A stretch of DNA of 64,000 bases, taken from positions 90,534 through 154,533 of the forward strand of contig JAZQFC010000037.1 of assembly GCA_045539315.1 (NCBI GenBank), in the 5' to 3' direction. This document shows positions 28,183 to 36,963 of this stretch, one piece after another. The first letter of the stretch is position 1, and the number at the start of each line of letters is the position of its first letter. A model generated the notes under the pieces. That model had not been told where the DNA came from. It saw only the letters and a list, made by a program, of their open reading frames with translations, and searched no databases. Both the position numbers and the translations under genes were made by a program. The stretch comes from Acutalibacteraceae bacterium. GTDB lineage: Bacteria; Bacillota; Clostridia; Oscillospirales; Acutalibacteraceae.

Positions 28183-29256
28183 CTAACCTTCTGTTACTAT
28201 ATCATAAATGTCTGCATATTGTTTTAAAACAACACAGTCAAGATATGTGTCCTTAACTCTTTGCACATTAAAATCAGACATTTTCTGTCTCAAACTTTTA
28301 TCGGTCAACTCATTCAAAGCCGATTTTAATTCATTTGGACTTTGTTGAGAAATAACTTTACCGCCTTCCCCGTAATCAATCATATCAGCATTTGCAGCCC
28401 AATCAGTAACTATACAAGGAAGACCTGCCGCCATTGCTTCTGTAAGTGCGCAAGAAAAACCTTCGCCGAAGTATCTTGATAAAAACACAAAAACATCATT
28501 GCTATCAAGTTGCTCTTTTACATAATCTGCATTTTGAACCCCATGAAGTCTAACGTTTTCAGAAATCTCAAGATTTTTTATTTCATCAGAAATTGCACCA
28601 ACTAAATTAAACTGAATTTCAGGCATCTCTCTAGCAGCAGCGATAATAGTATCACACCCTTTTTCAGGTGTTACACCACCAACAAACACAACTTTGTTGA
28701 TTTGTTCATTTATTTCTTTCTTTTTATCGAAATTAAGTTCAGATTCCATAACGAAGTTTGGTATAATCTGAACTTTTGCTTTTTTATTCAAACTTTTAAC
28801 AAAATCATAAGACTTTTGATTAAGAACAATTATTCCATCGCAAAGGCGAGAAAACCATTTAAACACAAGTCTTTTGTAACCTTTATTAACTACATTCGGC
28901 ATAGTACAGTGACAGTGAAGAATAAACTTCTTGTTATATTTTTTAGCGATTCTTCCTGTTACATATTCTCTTAACATACCAAACACAGTACAAGGAATAT
29001 TAGTATGTACAACAGAGATTTCAGGCTCATTTTTTAAAGCAGCTTTCTCTTGTTTCCAAATAGACATAGAGCGAACATACTCGTCTTTGATATGTCTTTT
29101 TGTATTTTCAAAAGGGTCTCTGCCATTAATTGTGTTTGAATTAATATGCACTATACCCCAGCCACTTGGCAAACCTATTGTCAAAACTCTTTTAGTCCAA
29201 GTTGCAATGCCGCCTGCTGGTGGTGGATAATGCGATATAAGCAAAACTTTTTTCAT
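28183..29256 (-). CDS. Glycosyltransferase family 4 (GT-B)
   Basis: 357 aa with PPAGGIATW at the N-terminus and EGFSCALTEAMAAGLPCIVTD. Confidence 0.88.
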   Translation of the reverse strand: MKKVLLISHYPPPAGGIATWTKRVLTIGLPSGWGIVHINSNTINGRDPFENTKRHIKDEYVRSMSIWKQEKAALKNEPEISVVHTNIPCTVFGMLREYVTGRIAKKYNKKFILHCHCTMPNVVNKGYKRLVFKWFSRLCDGIIVLNQKSYDFVKSLNKKAKVQIIPNFVMESELNFDKKKEINEQINKVVFVGGVTPEKGCDTIIAAAREMPEIQFNLVGAISDEIKNLEISENVRLHGVQNADYVKEQLDSNDVFVFLSRYFGEGFSCALTEAMAAGLPCIVTDWAANADMIDYGEGGKVISQQSPNELKSALNELTDKSLRQKMSDFNVQRVKDTYLDCVVLKQYADIYDIVTEG

Positions 29257-29264
29257 AAACTCTC

Positions 29265-29819
29265 CTAAAATTTAAAAGTTTCAGAAAAACTTCCCCATTT
29301 TTGGTCTTTTTCTGAAATAATAAGTTCTACACCTTCTTCAAGCGGCCATTCTATGCCGATTTCAGCGTCATTCCACATAACGCCACCTTCATCGCCTGGG
29401 CGATAAAAGTCAGTGCATTTATAGCAAAATTCTGCAGTATCAGAAAGCACCAAAAATCCATGCGCAAACCCTGGAGAAATATAAAACTGTTTCATATTTT
29501 CTGCCGACAAAATCTCTCCGTGCCATTTGCCATAAGTTTGGGAATCTTTTCTCAAATCAACTGCAACATCAAAAACTTTACCTTTGATTACTCGTACTAA
29601 TTTTCCCTGTGGATACTCTTTTTGATAATGAAGTCCACGAAGCACGCCTCTTTTTGACATTGACTGGTTATCTTGAACAAAAACCATATTAAGACCTGCA
29701 TCGTTCATATCTTTTTGGTTATATGTTTCAACAAAATAGCCCCTGTTATCGCCATAAACTGTTGGCTCAATAGTATAAAGCCCTTTTATTGAACATTCTT
29801 TAACAGTAATTTTACCCAT
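29265..29819 (-). CDS. rfbC: dTDP-4-dehydrorhamnose 3,5-epimerase
   Basis: 184 aa with GDNRGYFVETY and VLRGLHYQ cupin motifs. TAATG overlap with the upstream SDR gene. Confidence 0.92.
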   Translation of the reverse strand: MGKITVKECSIKGLYTIEPTVYGDNRGYFVETYNQKDMNDAGLNMVFVQDNQSMSKRGVLRGLHYQKEYPQGKLVRVIKGKVFDVAVDLRKDSQTYGKWHGEILSAENMKQFYISPGFAHGFLVLSDTAEFCYKCTDFYRPGDEGGVMWNDAEIGIEWPLEEGVELIISEKDQKWGSFSETFKF

Positions 29820-30652
29820 TATTTACCCTTCGCTTTTAGTATTTTTTCTATTTTTTCGCTATTTCCCCAAACTGCATCTGAATCATACGCTCTGTCAGGA
29901 AAAGCGCCATAAATGAGTTTTATATCATAGTCATTTTCTTTGATAAACTGCTCTACTCTGTCTGCAAGACTTACAGGTTTGCCAGAGCAAATGTTTATAA
30001 TACCGTTCACATCATTTTGCATAACTGCCGCTGACACTTGAGATGCAAATTCTTCATAATTAAGAAAATCGTATTTATTTTTACCGGTTGTAAACGGAAA
30101 TTCTTTTTTACCTTCTTCTACTGCAGAAGTGATTTTTGAAAATATTGAGTTACCAAACTTTGAATTACCAACGATATAGTAACCACGAAGCCATTGAAAA
30201 ACAACATTATTAGTTTTGCACAAAAGTTCTGCTGCAACTCTTAATGCGTTTTTTGCAACGCCGTATAAATTAAGCGGTTTGCAAGGTGTATTCTCATCAA
30301 TGCACCCCTCATAAAAGCCAATTTCATGCATTGAACCTAAAACTGCAACTTGACGTACTCCGCCTTTTATTATATTTTCAATAAACTCATAATGCTTTGG
30401 CAAATCGTTAAGATGGTTAGGCGAATTATGCACAAAACCATCGCGCCAAGCCAAATGCAATAAAACATCAGGACTTTCAAAATACTCAAAAGGATTTTCG
30501 ACATTGAACAAATCAACTGACATCTTTTTTGCTCTTTCATCAACAAAGTCCAAATTAAAATCAACTGCTAAAACTTCGGCACCGTCATCAATTAACTGTT
30601 TTACAATGCCTTGTCCTAAATACCCGTTTGCACCGGTAACAAGAATTTTCAT
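29819..30652 (-). CDS. SDR-family NAD(P)-dependent reductase/epimerase occupying the rfbD position
   Basis: 277 aa from the internal ATG (MKILVTGANGYLG) 7 nt after the rfbB stop. YGVAK (YxxxK). It does not look like canonical RmlD, so it may be a dTDP-4-keto-6-deoxyhexose reductase of different stereochemistry. Confidence 0.65.
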   Translation of the reverse strand: MKILVTGANGYLGQGIVKQLIDDGAEVLAVDFNLDFVDERAKKMSVDLFNVENPFEYFESPDVLLHLAWRDGFVHNSPNHLNDLPKHYEFIENIIKGGVRQVAVLGSMHEIGFYEGCIDENTPCKPLNLYGVAKNALRVAAELLCKTNNVVFQWLRGYYIVGNSKFGNSIFSKITSAVEEGKKEFPFTTGKNKYDFLNYEEFASQVSAAVMQNDVNGIINICSGKPVSLADRVEQFIKENDYDIKLIYGAFPDRAYDSDAVWGNSEKIEKILKAKGK

Positions 30653-30659
30653 ACTTAAA

Positions 30660-31679
30660 TTATCTATCCTTATACATTTTTTCGTAGTAATCTTGGTAGT
30701 CACCTTTAAGAATGTTTTGCCACCATTCTTTGTTATCAAGATACCACTGAATAGTTTTCTTTATACCATCATCAAATTTAGTTTCCGGCAACCAACCCAA
30801 ATCATTATGAATCTTTGTTGGGTCAATTGCATATCTCAAATCATGACCAGGTCTGTCAGTAACATAAGTTATCAAACTTTCCGGTTTATTAAGAGCCTTC
30901 AAAATTGTTTTAACAACTTCTAAATTGCTCTTTTCATTATGACCGCCGATATTATAAATCTCGCCAACCTTACCTTTTCTAATAATAAGGTCGATAGCGC
31001 TACAATGGTCTTCAACATAAAGCCAGTCACGAACATTTTCGCCTTTGCCATAAACCGGCAAACTCTCATCATCAAGCGCACGAGAAATCATAAGCGGAAT
31101 TAACTTTTCAGGGAAGTGATATGGGCCATAGTTATTAGAACAACGAGAAATTGTTACAGGAAGACCATAAGTTCTCTGATAAGCGCCCACCAACAAATCT
31201 GCCGCCGCTTTTGAAGATGAATAAGGCGAAGAAGTATGAATTGGTGTTTCTTCTGTGAAGAACAAATCAGGTCTGTCAAGCGGCAAATCGCCGTAAACTT
31301 CGTCAGTTGAAACCTGATGATAACGTTTAACGCCGTATTTTCTCGAAGCATCCATAAGCACAGATGTGCCTATGATATTTGTTTTCAGGAAAATTTCAGG
31401 GTCTTCAACGCTTCTGTCAACATGGCTTTCAGCGGCGAAGTTAACAACTATATCAAATTTTTCTTCTTGGAACAATTTATAAACCGCTTCTCTATCAGCG
31501 ATATCGCCTTTTACAAAACGGAAATTATCATTTTTCATAGCCTCTTCAAGAGTTTGAAGATTTCCTGCATATGTAAGCGCATCAAGACAAACAATTCTGT
31601 CTTCAGGATGATTTTTAAGTTGGAAGTAAACAAAGTTACTTCCAATAAATCCGGCACCGCCGGTTACTAAAATATTCAT
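30660..31679 (-). CDS. rfbB: dTDP-glucose 4,6-dehydratase
   Basis: 339 aa from the ATG at 31679 (MNILVTGGAGFIGSNF) with a GAGGG RBS. YSSSKAAAD catalytic motif. Confidence 0.93.
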   Translation of the reverse strand: MNILVTGGAGFIGSNFVYFQLKNHPEDRIVCLDALTYAGNLQTLEEAMKNDNFRFVKGDIADREAVYKLFQEEKFDIVVNFAAESHVDRSVEDPEIFLKTNIIGTSVLMDASRKYGVKRYHQVSTDEVYGDLPLDRPDLFFTEETPIHTSSPYSSSKAAADLLVGAYQRTYGLPVTISRCSNNYGPYHFPEKLIPLMISRALDDESLPVYGKGENVRDWLYVEDHCSAIDLIIRKGKVGEIYNIGGHNEKSNLEVVKTILKALNKPESLITYVTDRPGHDLRYAIDPTKIHNDLGWLPETKFDDGIKKTIQWYLDNKEWWQNILKGDYQDYYEKMYKDR

Positions 31680-31694
31680 AAAATACCCTCTCAA

Positions 31695-32576
31695 TTAATA
31701 AAAAAGTTTTCCTTCGGCAACGTTTTTAAGGTGTTGTCCATAAGGACTTTTACCGTAAGCTTTAGCCGATTCAAGCAAATTATCTTTATCTATCCAACCA
31801 TTGTTGTAAGCGATTTCTTCTAAAGATGAAATTACAACGCCACATTGTTGAATTGTTTTAACAAAGTCGCCCGCTTCTACTAAACTATCAACAGTGCCAG
31901 TATCAAGCCATGCAAAACCGCGACCTAAAACTTCTAATTTAAGCGAATTGTCATCAAGATACATTTTGTTCAAATCTGTAATTTCCAACTCGCCACGGTC
32001 TGATGGTTTAACTTTTTTTGCAAAATCTACAACTCTATTGTCATAGAAATAAAGACCGGTTACAGCATAATTTGATTTTGGCTCTTTAGGTTTTTCTTCT
32101 AAAGATAAAACATTCAACTCTTTATCAAACTCTGCAATGCCAAAACGCTCTGGGTCATTAACATAATAGCCAAACAAAGTACACAAACCTTTTTCGCTAT
32201 TTTCTACTGCGTTTTTAAGTAATCTTGTAAAACCATGACCATAGAAAATATTATCGCCTAAACACAAAGCGCAACTATCATCACCAATAAACTCTTCACC
32301 AATGATAAACGCTTGAGCAAGTCCATCAGGAGAGGGTTGAATAGCATATGAAAGTTTTATGCCGTACTGACTACCATCGCCCAAAAGATTTTTAAAATTT
32401 TGACTATCTTCAGGAGTTGTAATAATTAAAATATCACGAATTCCTGCTAACATAAGAGTAGAAATAGGGTAAAAAACCATTGGCTTATCATAAACTGGTA
32501 ACAACTGTTTAGAAGTTACTTTTGTAAGTGGATAAAGTCGAGTACCAGAACCGCCTGCAAGTACAATACCTTTCAT
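31695..32576 (-). CDS. rfbA: Glucose-1-phosphate thymidylyltransferase
   Basis: 293 aa with [18 protein letters not shown] and the typical RmlA C-terminus. Confidence 0.94.
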   Translation of the reverse strand: MKGIVLAGGSGTRLYPLTKVTSKQLLPVYDKPMVFYPISTLMLAGIRDILIITTPEDSQNFKNLLGDGSQYGIKLSYAIQPSPDGLAQAFIIGEEFIGDDSCALCLGDNIFYGHGFTRLLKNAVENSEKGLCTLFGYYVNDPERFGIAEFDKELNVLSLEEKPKEPKSNYAVTGLYFYDNRVVDFAKKVKPSDRGELEITDLNKMYLDDNSLKLEVLGRGFAWLDTGTVDSLVEAGDFVKTIQQCGVVISSLEEIAYNNGWIDKDNLLESAKAYGKSPYGQHLKNVAEGKLFY

Positions 32577-32592
32577 TTTTTAATTCCTCTCT

Positions 32593-33585
32593 TTAAACTT
32601 CAAAAATTTGTTTTAAGAATCCTCTTAAAGAATATTTTTCATAAATTTCTTGGTCTATATCCTGATATGGCTCTTTGAAAAACTCATTTTCAAAATCAAA
32701 CTCGCCATCGTATATGTAAATATTTTTTGGATTGTAAAAATCATAATTCACAAGGTCTTTGTTAGTAGTGATAAGTTTTACCTTTGCGGCTAAACTTTCA
32801 ATAACCCTTATAGTTGCGCCATCTTGATTATCTTGAGGAGAATCAAGCACACACTTTGAACTTTTTACAATCTGCATTGTTTTGGTCTTTGACAAAGTTT
32901 CCTGTTTGAAATCACTCAACTTTGCTTTTTTGTATTCAACGTCTTTTAACTTGTGATAGAAAAATTTAAGTTTTGAAGGCATATAGTGATAAATGAATTG
33001 TTTATCATAAACACCCTTTAATTTTTCTGACATCTCGTTAATAAACTTAAACTTTTTAGGGTGCGCTGTTCCGATATAACAACAGTCATATTCAAACTCA
33101 TCTGTCTTTTGTTTGCCGAGCGCCTCGTAATCTCTGTCATAAAAAAGTGGTAAAAACTCTAATTTTTCGTATTTTAAAGTATCAATTCTGTCAAAAGAAA
33201 AGCATCTGTCAAAATATTGCCAAAACCTTTCAATATCATGAAGATTAATAATTGAATCCCACTGATACGATAAAAATTTCGCGTCGCTTTGAGAGGTCTT
33301 TAATCTTTTCATCATGTCATCATCAAAGCAATAAGACATTCCTCTAACAAAGAAAACATAATCATATTTCACACTTTTTGTAGCCTCGATAATACTTTCA
33401 AAATACGAGCCAACTTTTTTTCTAACAAGTTTCGGATTAACTCTTGAAACCGCTCTAAAAAGGCTGTTTTGAGTTGGTCTGTCAGAAAAAGTATCAACCG
33501 AAAAGCCTAATAATTTTAACTCGTCTTCAATTTTTTTGTAATATCCAAAATATTGAGAGGCGATTAATAATACTTTTTTGCTCAT
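32593..33585 (-). CDS. Uncharacterised polysaccharide-locus protein (tentatively CgeB-like / GT-B-like C-terminus)
   Basis: 330 aa soluble protein with no motif I can assign with confidence. ATGA overlap with the upstream gene. Confidence 0.5.
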   Translation of the reverse strand: MSKKVLLIASQYFGYYKKIEDELKLLGFSVDTFSDRPTQNSLFRAVSRVNPKLVRKKVGSYFESIIEATKSVKYDYVFFVRGMSYCFDDDMMKRLKTSQSDAKFLSYQWDSIINLHDIERFWQYFDRCFSFDRIDTLKYEKLEFLPLFYDRDYEALGKQKTDEFEYDCCYIGTAHPKKFKFINEMSEKLKGVYDKQFIYHYMPSKLKFFYHKLKDVEYKKAKLSDFKQETLSKTKTMQIVKSSKCVLDSPQDNQDGATIRVIESLAAKVKLITTNKDLVNYDFYNPKNIYIYDGEFDFENEFFKEPYQDIDQEIYEKYSLRGFLKQIFEV

Positions 33586-34760
33586 AAACTACCTTCAAAA
33601 ATTTTTAAATCTTTATAAACTTCGTTAACCTCATTTACCGAGTCGATAACTTTTTTATAACTGATACTATCACTATGTTTAAATATCTTTTTGAACAGAT
33701 GCCTTATAGGTAAATATATAAATCCGAAATACTTAAAGAAATTATACTTTTTAGCAAGTGACCATGTTAAAAGCGCTCTGTTTTGAGTAAAGATAAAAAA
33801 TGCCACGACTTTATTTTTCTTGTGAATTCTAACGCTACCATTAGCATAAGTTTCTTCAACCTCACGCTTAACACCAAAGTTTCCTTTTTTTAGCGATAAA
33901 TCGAACAACGCGTCCGCCGTTGTATTTTCAATATTCTGATTCAAAAAATATTTATTAAACAATTTTGTGCAGATAATCGCGAAATTATAAAGACCATATT
34001 TTTTCAAAACATCTACGTTCTCTTTGCTTTCAAAGAAATCGCCGTTATTTAAAACAAAAAATCCCCAGTCTAAAATTTGGCGAAGACCTAAACCATCTTT
34101 TGAAATATGCCTTTCCATATGCAAAAGCAAAGATAATGCTTGATATAACTGGGATAATGATTCGAACTCATTATTACCAAACTTAACATTTTTAACTTGA
34201 TTTAATGCATTATCTAGTTGCTTTTTTAGAGCAACTGCTTTTTCTAAATTTGGAAAATCTGTCATTTCAAAATGAAGTTCAAAAACGACATCCGATTTCT
34301 TTAAAGTGCAATGGAAATGATTATCGCCATTGTTTATCAACTGATAACCGTTTTTAATTAAAAAGCGTTTAACCTTTTGATACTCATTTTTTCTAACCAA
34401 AACATCAACATCTCCTAAAGTTCGAAGGTCTGGTTTTGGATAATCTTTTGCTATAGACAAGCCTTTTAAAATTGCATATTTAATATCATTTTTTTCGAAC
34501 AACTCGCAAAGTTCGCCTTGCGCTTTTACAATTTTGTCATTATTGAACATTACTGCAACTGTGTGACTTTTGAATTTTTTCAAAACTTCTTCAGGAATAT
34601 TTTCAATTCCTGCAGTTGCATCATATGCGAACGGCACAACTGATTGAAAAATTGCTTCTTCTAAAACTTCTTGCCAATCAACATTGTCCGGAATGTTCGC
34701 CTCAAAATTAAAGAGGCTTTTTTTCAACAACCCGATTAGCACTTGCTGCGACTGTGTCAA
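33582..34760 (-). CDS. Uncharacterised nucleotidyltransferase family protein (NTP_transf_5-like)
   Basis: 392 aa. Block ILKGLSIAKDYPKPDLRTLGDVDVLV...FLIKNGY matches that family signature. TTG start with an AAGGAGG RBS. Confidence 0.7.
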   Translation of the reverse strand: MTQSQQVLIGLLKKSLFNFEANIPDNVDWQEVLEEAIFQSVVPFAYDATAGIENIPEEVLKKFKSHTVAVMFNNDKIVKAQGELCELFEKNDIKYAILKGLSIAKDYPKPDLRTLGDVDVLVRKNEYQKVKRFLIKNGYQLINNGDNHFHCTLKKSDVVFELHFEMTDFPNLEKAVALKKQLDNALNQVKNVKFGNNEFESLSQLYQALSLLLHMERHISKDGLGLRQILDWGFFVLNNGDFFESKENVDVLKKYGLYNFAIICTKLFNKYFLNQNIENTTADALFDLSLKKGNFGVKREVEETYANGSVRIHKKNKVVAFFIFTQNRALLTWSLAKKYNFFKYFGFIYLPIRHLFKKIFKHSDSISYKKVIDSVNEVNEVYKDLKIFEGSL

Positions 34761-34793
34761 ACAAAAACCTCCTTTTCTATAATCTTTTAATTT

Positions 34794-35483
34794 TTAGTTA
34801 CCTGTTTTCCTAAACACCGATACAAAGGTCATAAAGAAAATTTTAACATCCAAAACAAAGTTTCTGTTGTCAACATAGTACAATTCCATTTTCTGACGCT
34901 CGCCTGTTGCATAAACCGCATCGTTTCTGGCGTACGCCTGCCAATATCCCGTAAGCCCCGGTTTTACGCTTAATAACTTTTGTGCATCTTCACCGTAGTT
35001 TTCTAACTCTTCTTCAACTATCGGCCTTGGACCTATCAAGGTTAAATCGCCTTTTAAAACATTCAACAACTGCGGTAATTCATCAAGACTTGTTTTTCTC
35101 AAGAACTTGCCTACCTTTGTAATTCTTGGGTCATTCTCAAGTTTGAACTCTGACATAAAAATTTCTAACTCTTGTGGAGTTAACATTTCTTCAAGTTTGT
35201 CCGCATTCATTTTCATACTGCGGAATTTGTATATGTAAAGTTCTTTGCCAAACTGACCAACTCTTTTGTGTTTATAAAAAGCAGTGCCCTTATCGTCAAT
35301 CTTTATTGCAATTGCAATAATCAAAAAGAACGGTGATAAAACAATCAGCCCTAATGATGAACCGATGATATCAACCGCACGCTTAAAAAAGAGATAAAAA
35401 GATGCCTTTTCTCTCTTTTGTTTATTCTCTATATTTTTTGTTACTTTTTCTTCATTGATATTCTTCACTATATTCTTTTCCAC
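34794..35483 (-). CDS. Undecaprenyl-phosphate sugar phosphotransferase (bacterial sugar transferase family, priming enzyme)
   Basis: About 229 aa with one N-terminal TM helix and SLDELPQLLNVLKGDLTLIGPRP. The GTG at 35483 has GAGGG 6 nt upstream. The track start (TTG at 35489) is too close to that RBS. Confidence 0.88.
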   Translation of the reverse strand: MEKNIVKNINEEKVTKNIENKQKREKASFYLFFKRAVDIIGSSLGLIVLSPFFLIIAIAIKIDDKGTAFYKHKRVGQFGKELYIYKFRSMKMNADKLEEMLTPQELEIFMSEFKLENDPRITKVGKFLRKTSLDELPQLLNVLKGDLTLIGPRPIVEEELENYGEDAQKLLSVKPGLTGYWQAYARNDAVYATGERQKMELYYVDNRNFVLDVKIFFMTFVSVFRKTGN

Positions 35484-35542
35484 AATCAACCCTCATTTGT
35501 TGGCTTTGCTAGACACAATTCCACAAATTAAAACTTTAATAT

Positions 35543-35571
35543 ATTATAATATATAATATATAAAAAGTCAA
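35543..35571 (-). promoter_or_regulatory. Consensus sigma-A promoter of the polysaccharide operon
   Basis: On the minus strand: TTGACT (35571-35566), 17-nt AT-rich spacer, TATAAT (35548-35543), about 55 nt upstream of the first gene. Confidence 0.55.
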
Positions 35572-35643
35572 TGAATTCTTGTTATTTTCGGCTAATCCAC
35601 ACGCAATTTTTATCGTTTTTTCGTGTATTTTGTCAAAAATTAG

Positions 35644-35670
35644 AAAAAGCCACTTAATTAGTGGCTTTTT
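35644..35670 (-). terminator. Rho-independent terminator of the GH5 gene (contains its stop codon)
   Basis: Stem AAAAAGCCACT (35644-35654) / AGTGGCTTTTT (35660-35670) with a 5-nt loop. It insulates the polysaccharide promoter from upstream transcription. Confidence 0.75.
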
Positions 35671-36937
35671 TCATTGCATCTATTATTTTTTCTTGGGATA
35701 TTTTTGCAGTTTTTCTGTCAAAAATCGCCATGTTGTTTCCGTTGTCATTCCAGAAGCAAACCGCATAATAATTATAGGCAGTTGAAACAAAATAATTTGC
35801 ATAGTTTTGTCTAGCGGTTATATTGCCTTTATCAACCGCGCCAAATTCACCTACAACAAACGGTATTTTAAGCGCTGAAAACCTTGAATTCAACACGGAA
35901 AAAACTCTGTCAATATACTGTTTTTCTTCCTTTGAACCCCAGATGTTTTTCTGGCTTTCATCAAGGCAAAAACTACTTGGAACATAGACATTAACTTTTG
36001 CAATTAACTTGTTTTTTGCGCTATCTTTTGGCAATGTAAAACCGTCTAAAGTAGCGCTATCTATAAACGAGCCGTAAGTTGAAATAATCAAGTGACGTTT
36101 TTTATTATTTCCGCCTGTATTTCTAACTGAATTTACAAATTCCTGATTAATAATATTAGCGTTTTTCAAATCAGTTTTAGAAGGCGCGCTTTTATCATTT
36201 TCCGCTTTTAGAATTTCAGAAACACCTTCGAACAAAAGGTTGTCATTATACCTTTCAAATCTGTTTGCAACAGAGGTCCACATTGTGCTAAATTTCTTCT
36301 TTGTTTGCTCGAAATTTTTCGCAGAAGTTGTAAGCCAATTTTGGTCATTTTGAGCACTTATTATGCAGTACATACCATTGTCCAAAACATAGTCAACAAC
36401 CTCATTTAATCTAATTAACCATTCATCTTCAACAAAGCCCATATCATTAAAATGTTCGCCGAATGAAACAGGAATTCTAACGATAGAAAAGCCGGCATTT
36501 TTATACGATTCAATCAACTCTTCTGTAACAATTGGATTGCCAAGATGAGTTTCATAATCAGTTACTTTTGCGCCTTCCGGCAAACCGCGAGCGGTAAAAG
36601 AATCTCCGAGTGTAATGCCTGTGCCTAACTGTGAAATAAGTTGTTTTGAAGTGATTTTTCTCATTGCGGTTGTCTGCTCAAAAACCGGTCTTGCTCCTTG
36701 CCTTTTAACTGTTGTAGGCAAGGTTTCAACCGCCGCGCCTTGCTCGGTTTCGGTTGCTTTTGAAGACTGCGTTGTAAAAGAATTTGGCTCTGCTGTTGTA
36801 GCCGTTTTAAATGCGGTATTATACACTTTTTGAGAGGCCTTTGGCTCATCATCCGGCTTATCCCCTGTACAAGCGACACTACAAGCGAGTATTCCCAAGC
36901 ACAAAACAAACGAAATTAACTTAATGATTTTTTCCAT
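35654..36937 (-). CDS. Glycoside hydrolase family 5-like lipoprotein
   Basis: 427 aa. Lipobox LGILAC, a Thr/Ala/Gln-rich linker, then a GH5-like (beta/alpha)8 region with AGFSIVRIPVSF, WTSVANRFERYNDNLLFE and the nucleophile block PFVVGEFG. Confidence 0.72.
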   Translation of the reverse strand: MEKIIKLISFVLCLGILACSVACTGDKPDDEPKASQKVYNTAFKTATTAEPNSFTTQSSKATETEQGAAVETLPTTVKRQGARPVFEQTTAMRKITSKQLISQLGTGITLGDSFTARGLPEGAKVTDYETHLGNPIVTEELIESYKNAGFSIVRIPVSFGEHFNDMGFVEDEWLIRLNEVVDYVLDNGMYCIISAQNDQNWLTTSAKNFEQTKKKFSTMWTSVANRFERYNDNLLFEGVSEILKAENDKSAPSKTDLKNANIINQEFVNSVRNTGGNNKKRHLIISTYGSFIDSATLDGFTLPKDSAKNKLIAKVNVYVPSSFCLDESQKNIWGSKEEKQYIDRVFSVLNSRFSALKIPFVVGEFGAVDKGNITARQNYANYFVSTAYNYYAVCFWNDNGNNMAIFDRKTAKISQEKIIDAMKKATN

Positions 36938-36963
36938 AAAAATCTTTGCTCACCTTTCAAATC

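Noticed and set aside
30504-30923. 139-aa plus-strand ORF antisense to the SDR and rfbB genes. Similar long shadow ORFs occur at 49899-50312, 54194-54700 and 61048-61575.
   Set aside because: Each lies entirely inside a strongly supported gene in another frame or on the other strand. They have low-complexity, Ile/Phe/Leu/Ser-rich composition typical of AT-rich shadow frames, and no RBS.
10238-35489. Polysaccharide locus as a mobile genomic island.
   Set aside because: There are no flanking direct repeats, tRNA or recombinase. It looks like a chromosomal variable locus exchanged by homologous recombination, with the DegT relic as the only scar.
35521-35565. TA-rich low-complexity run (ATATTATAATATATAATATATAA) as a repeat element.
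   Set aside because: It coincides with the -10 box and spacer of the operon promoter and has no higher-order periodicity.
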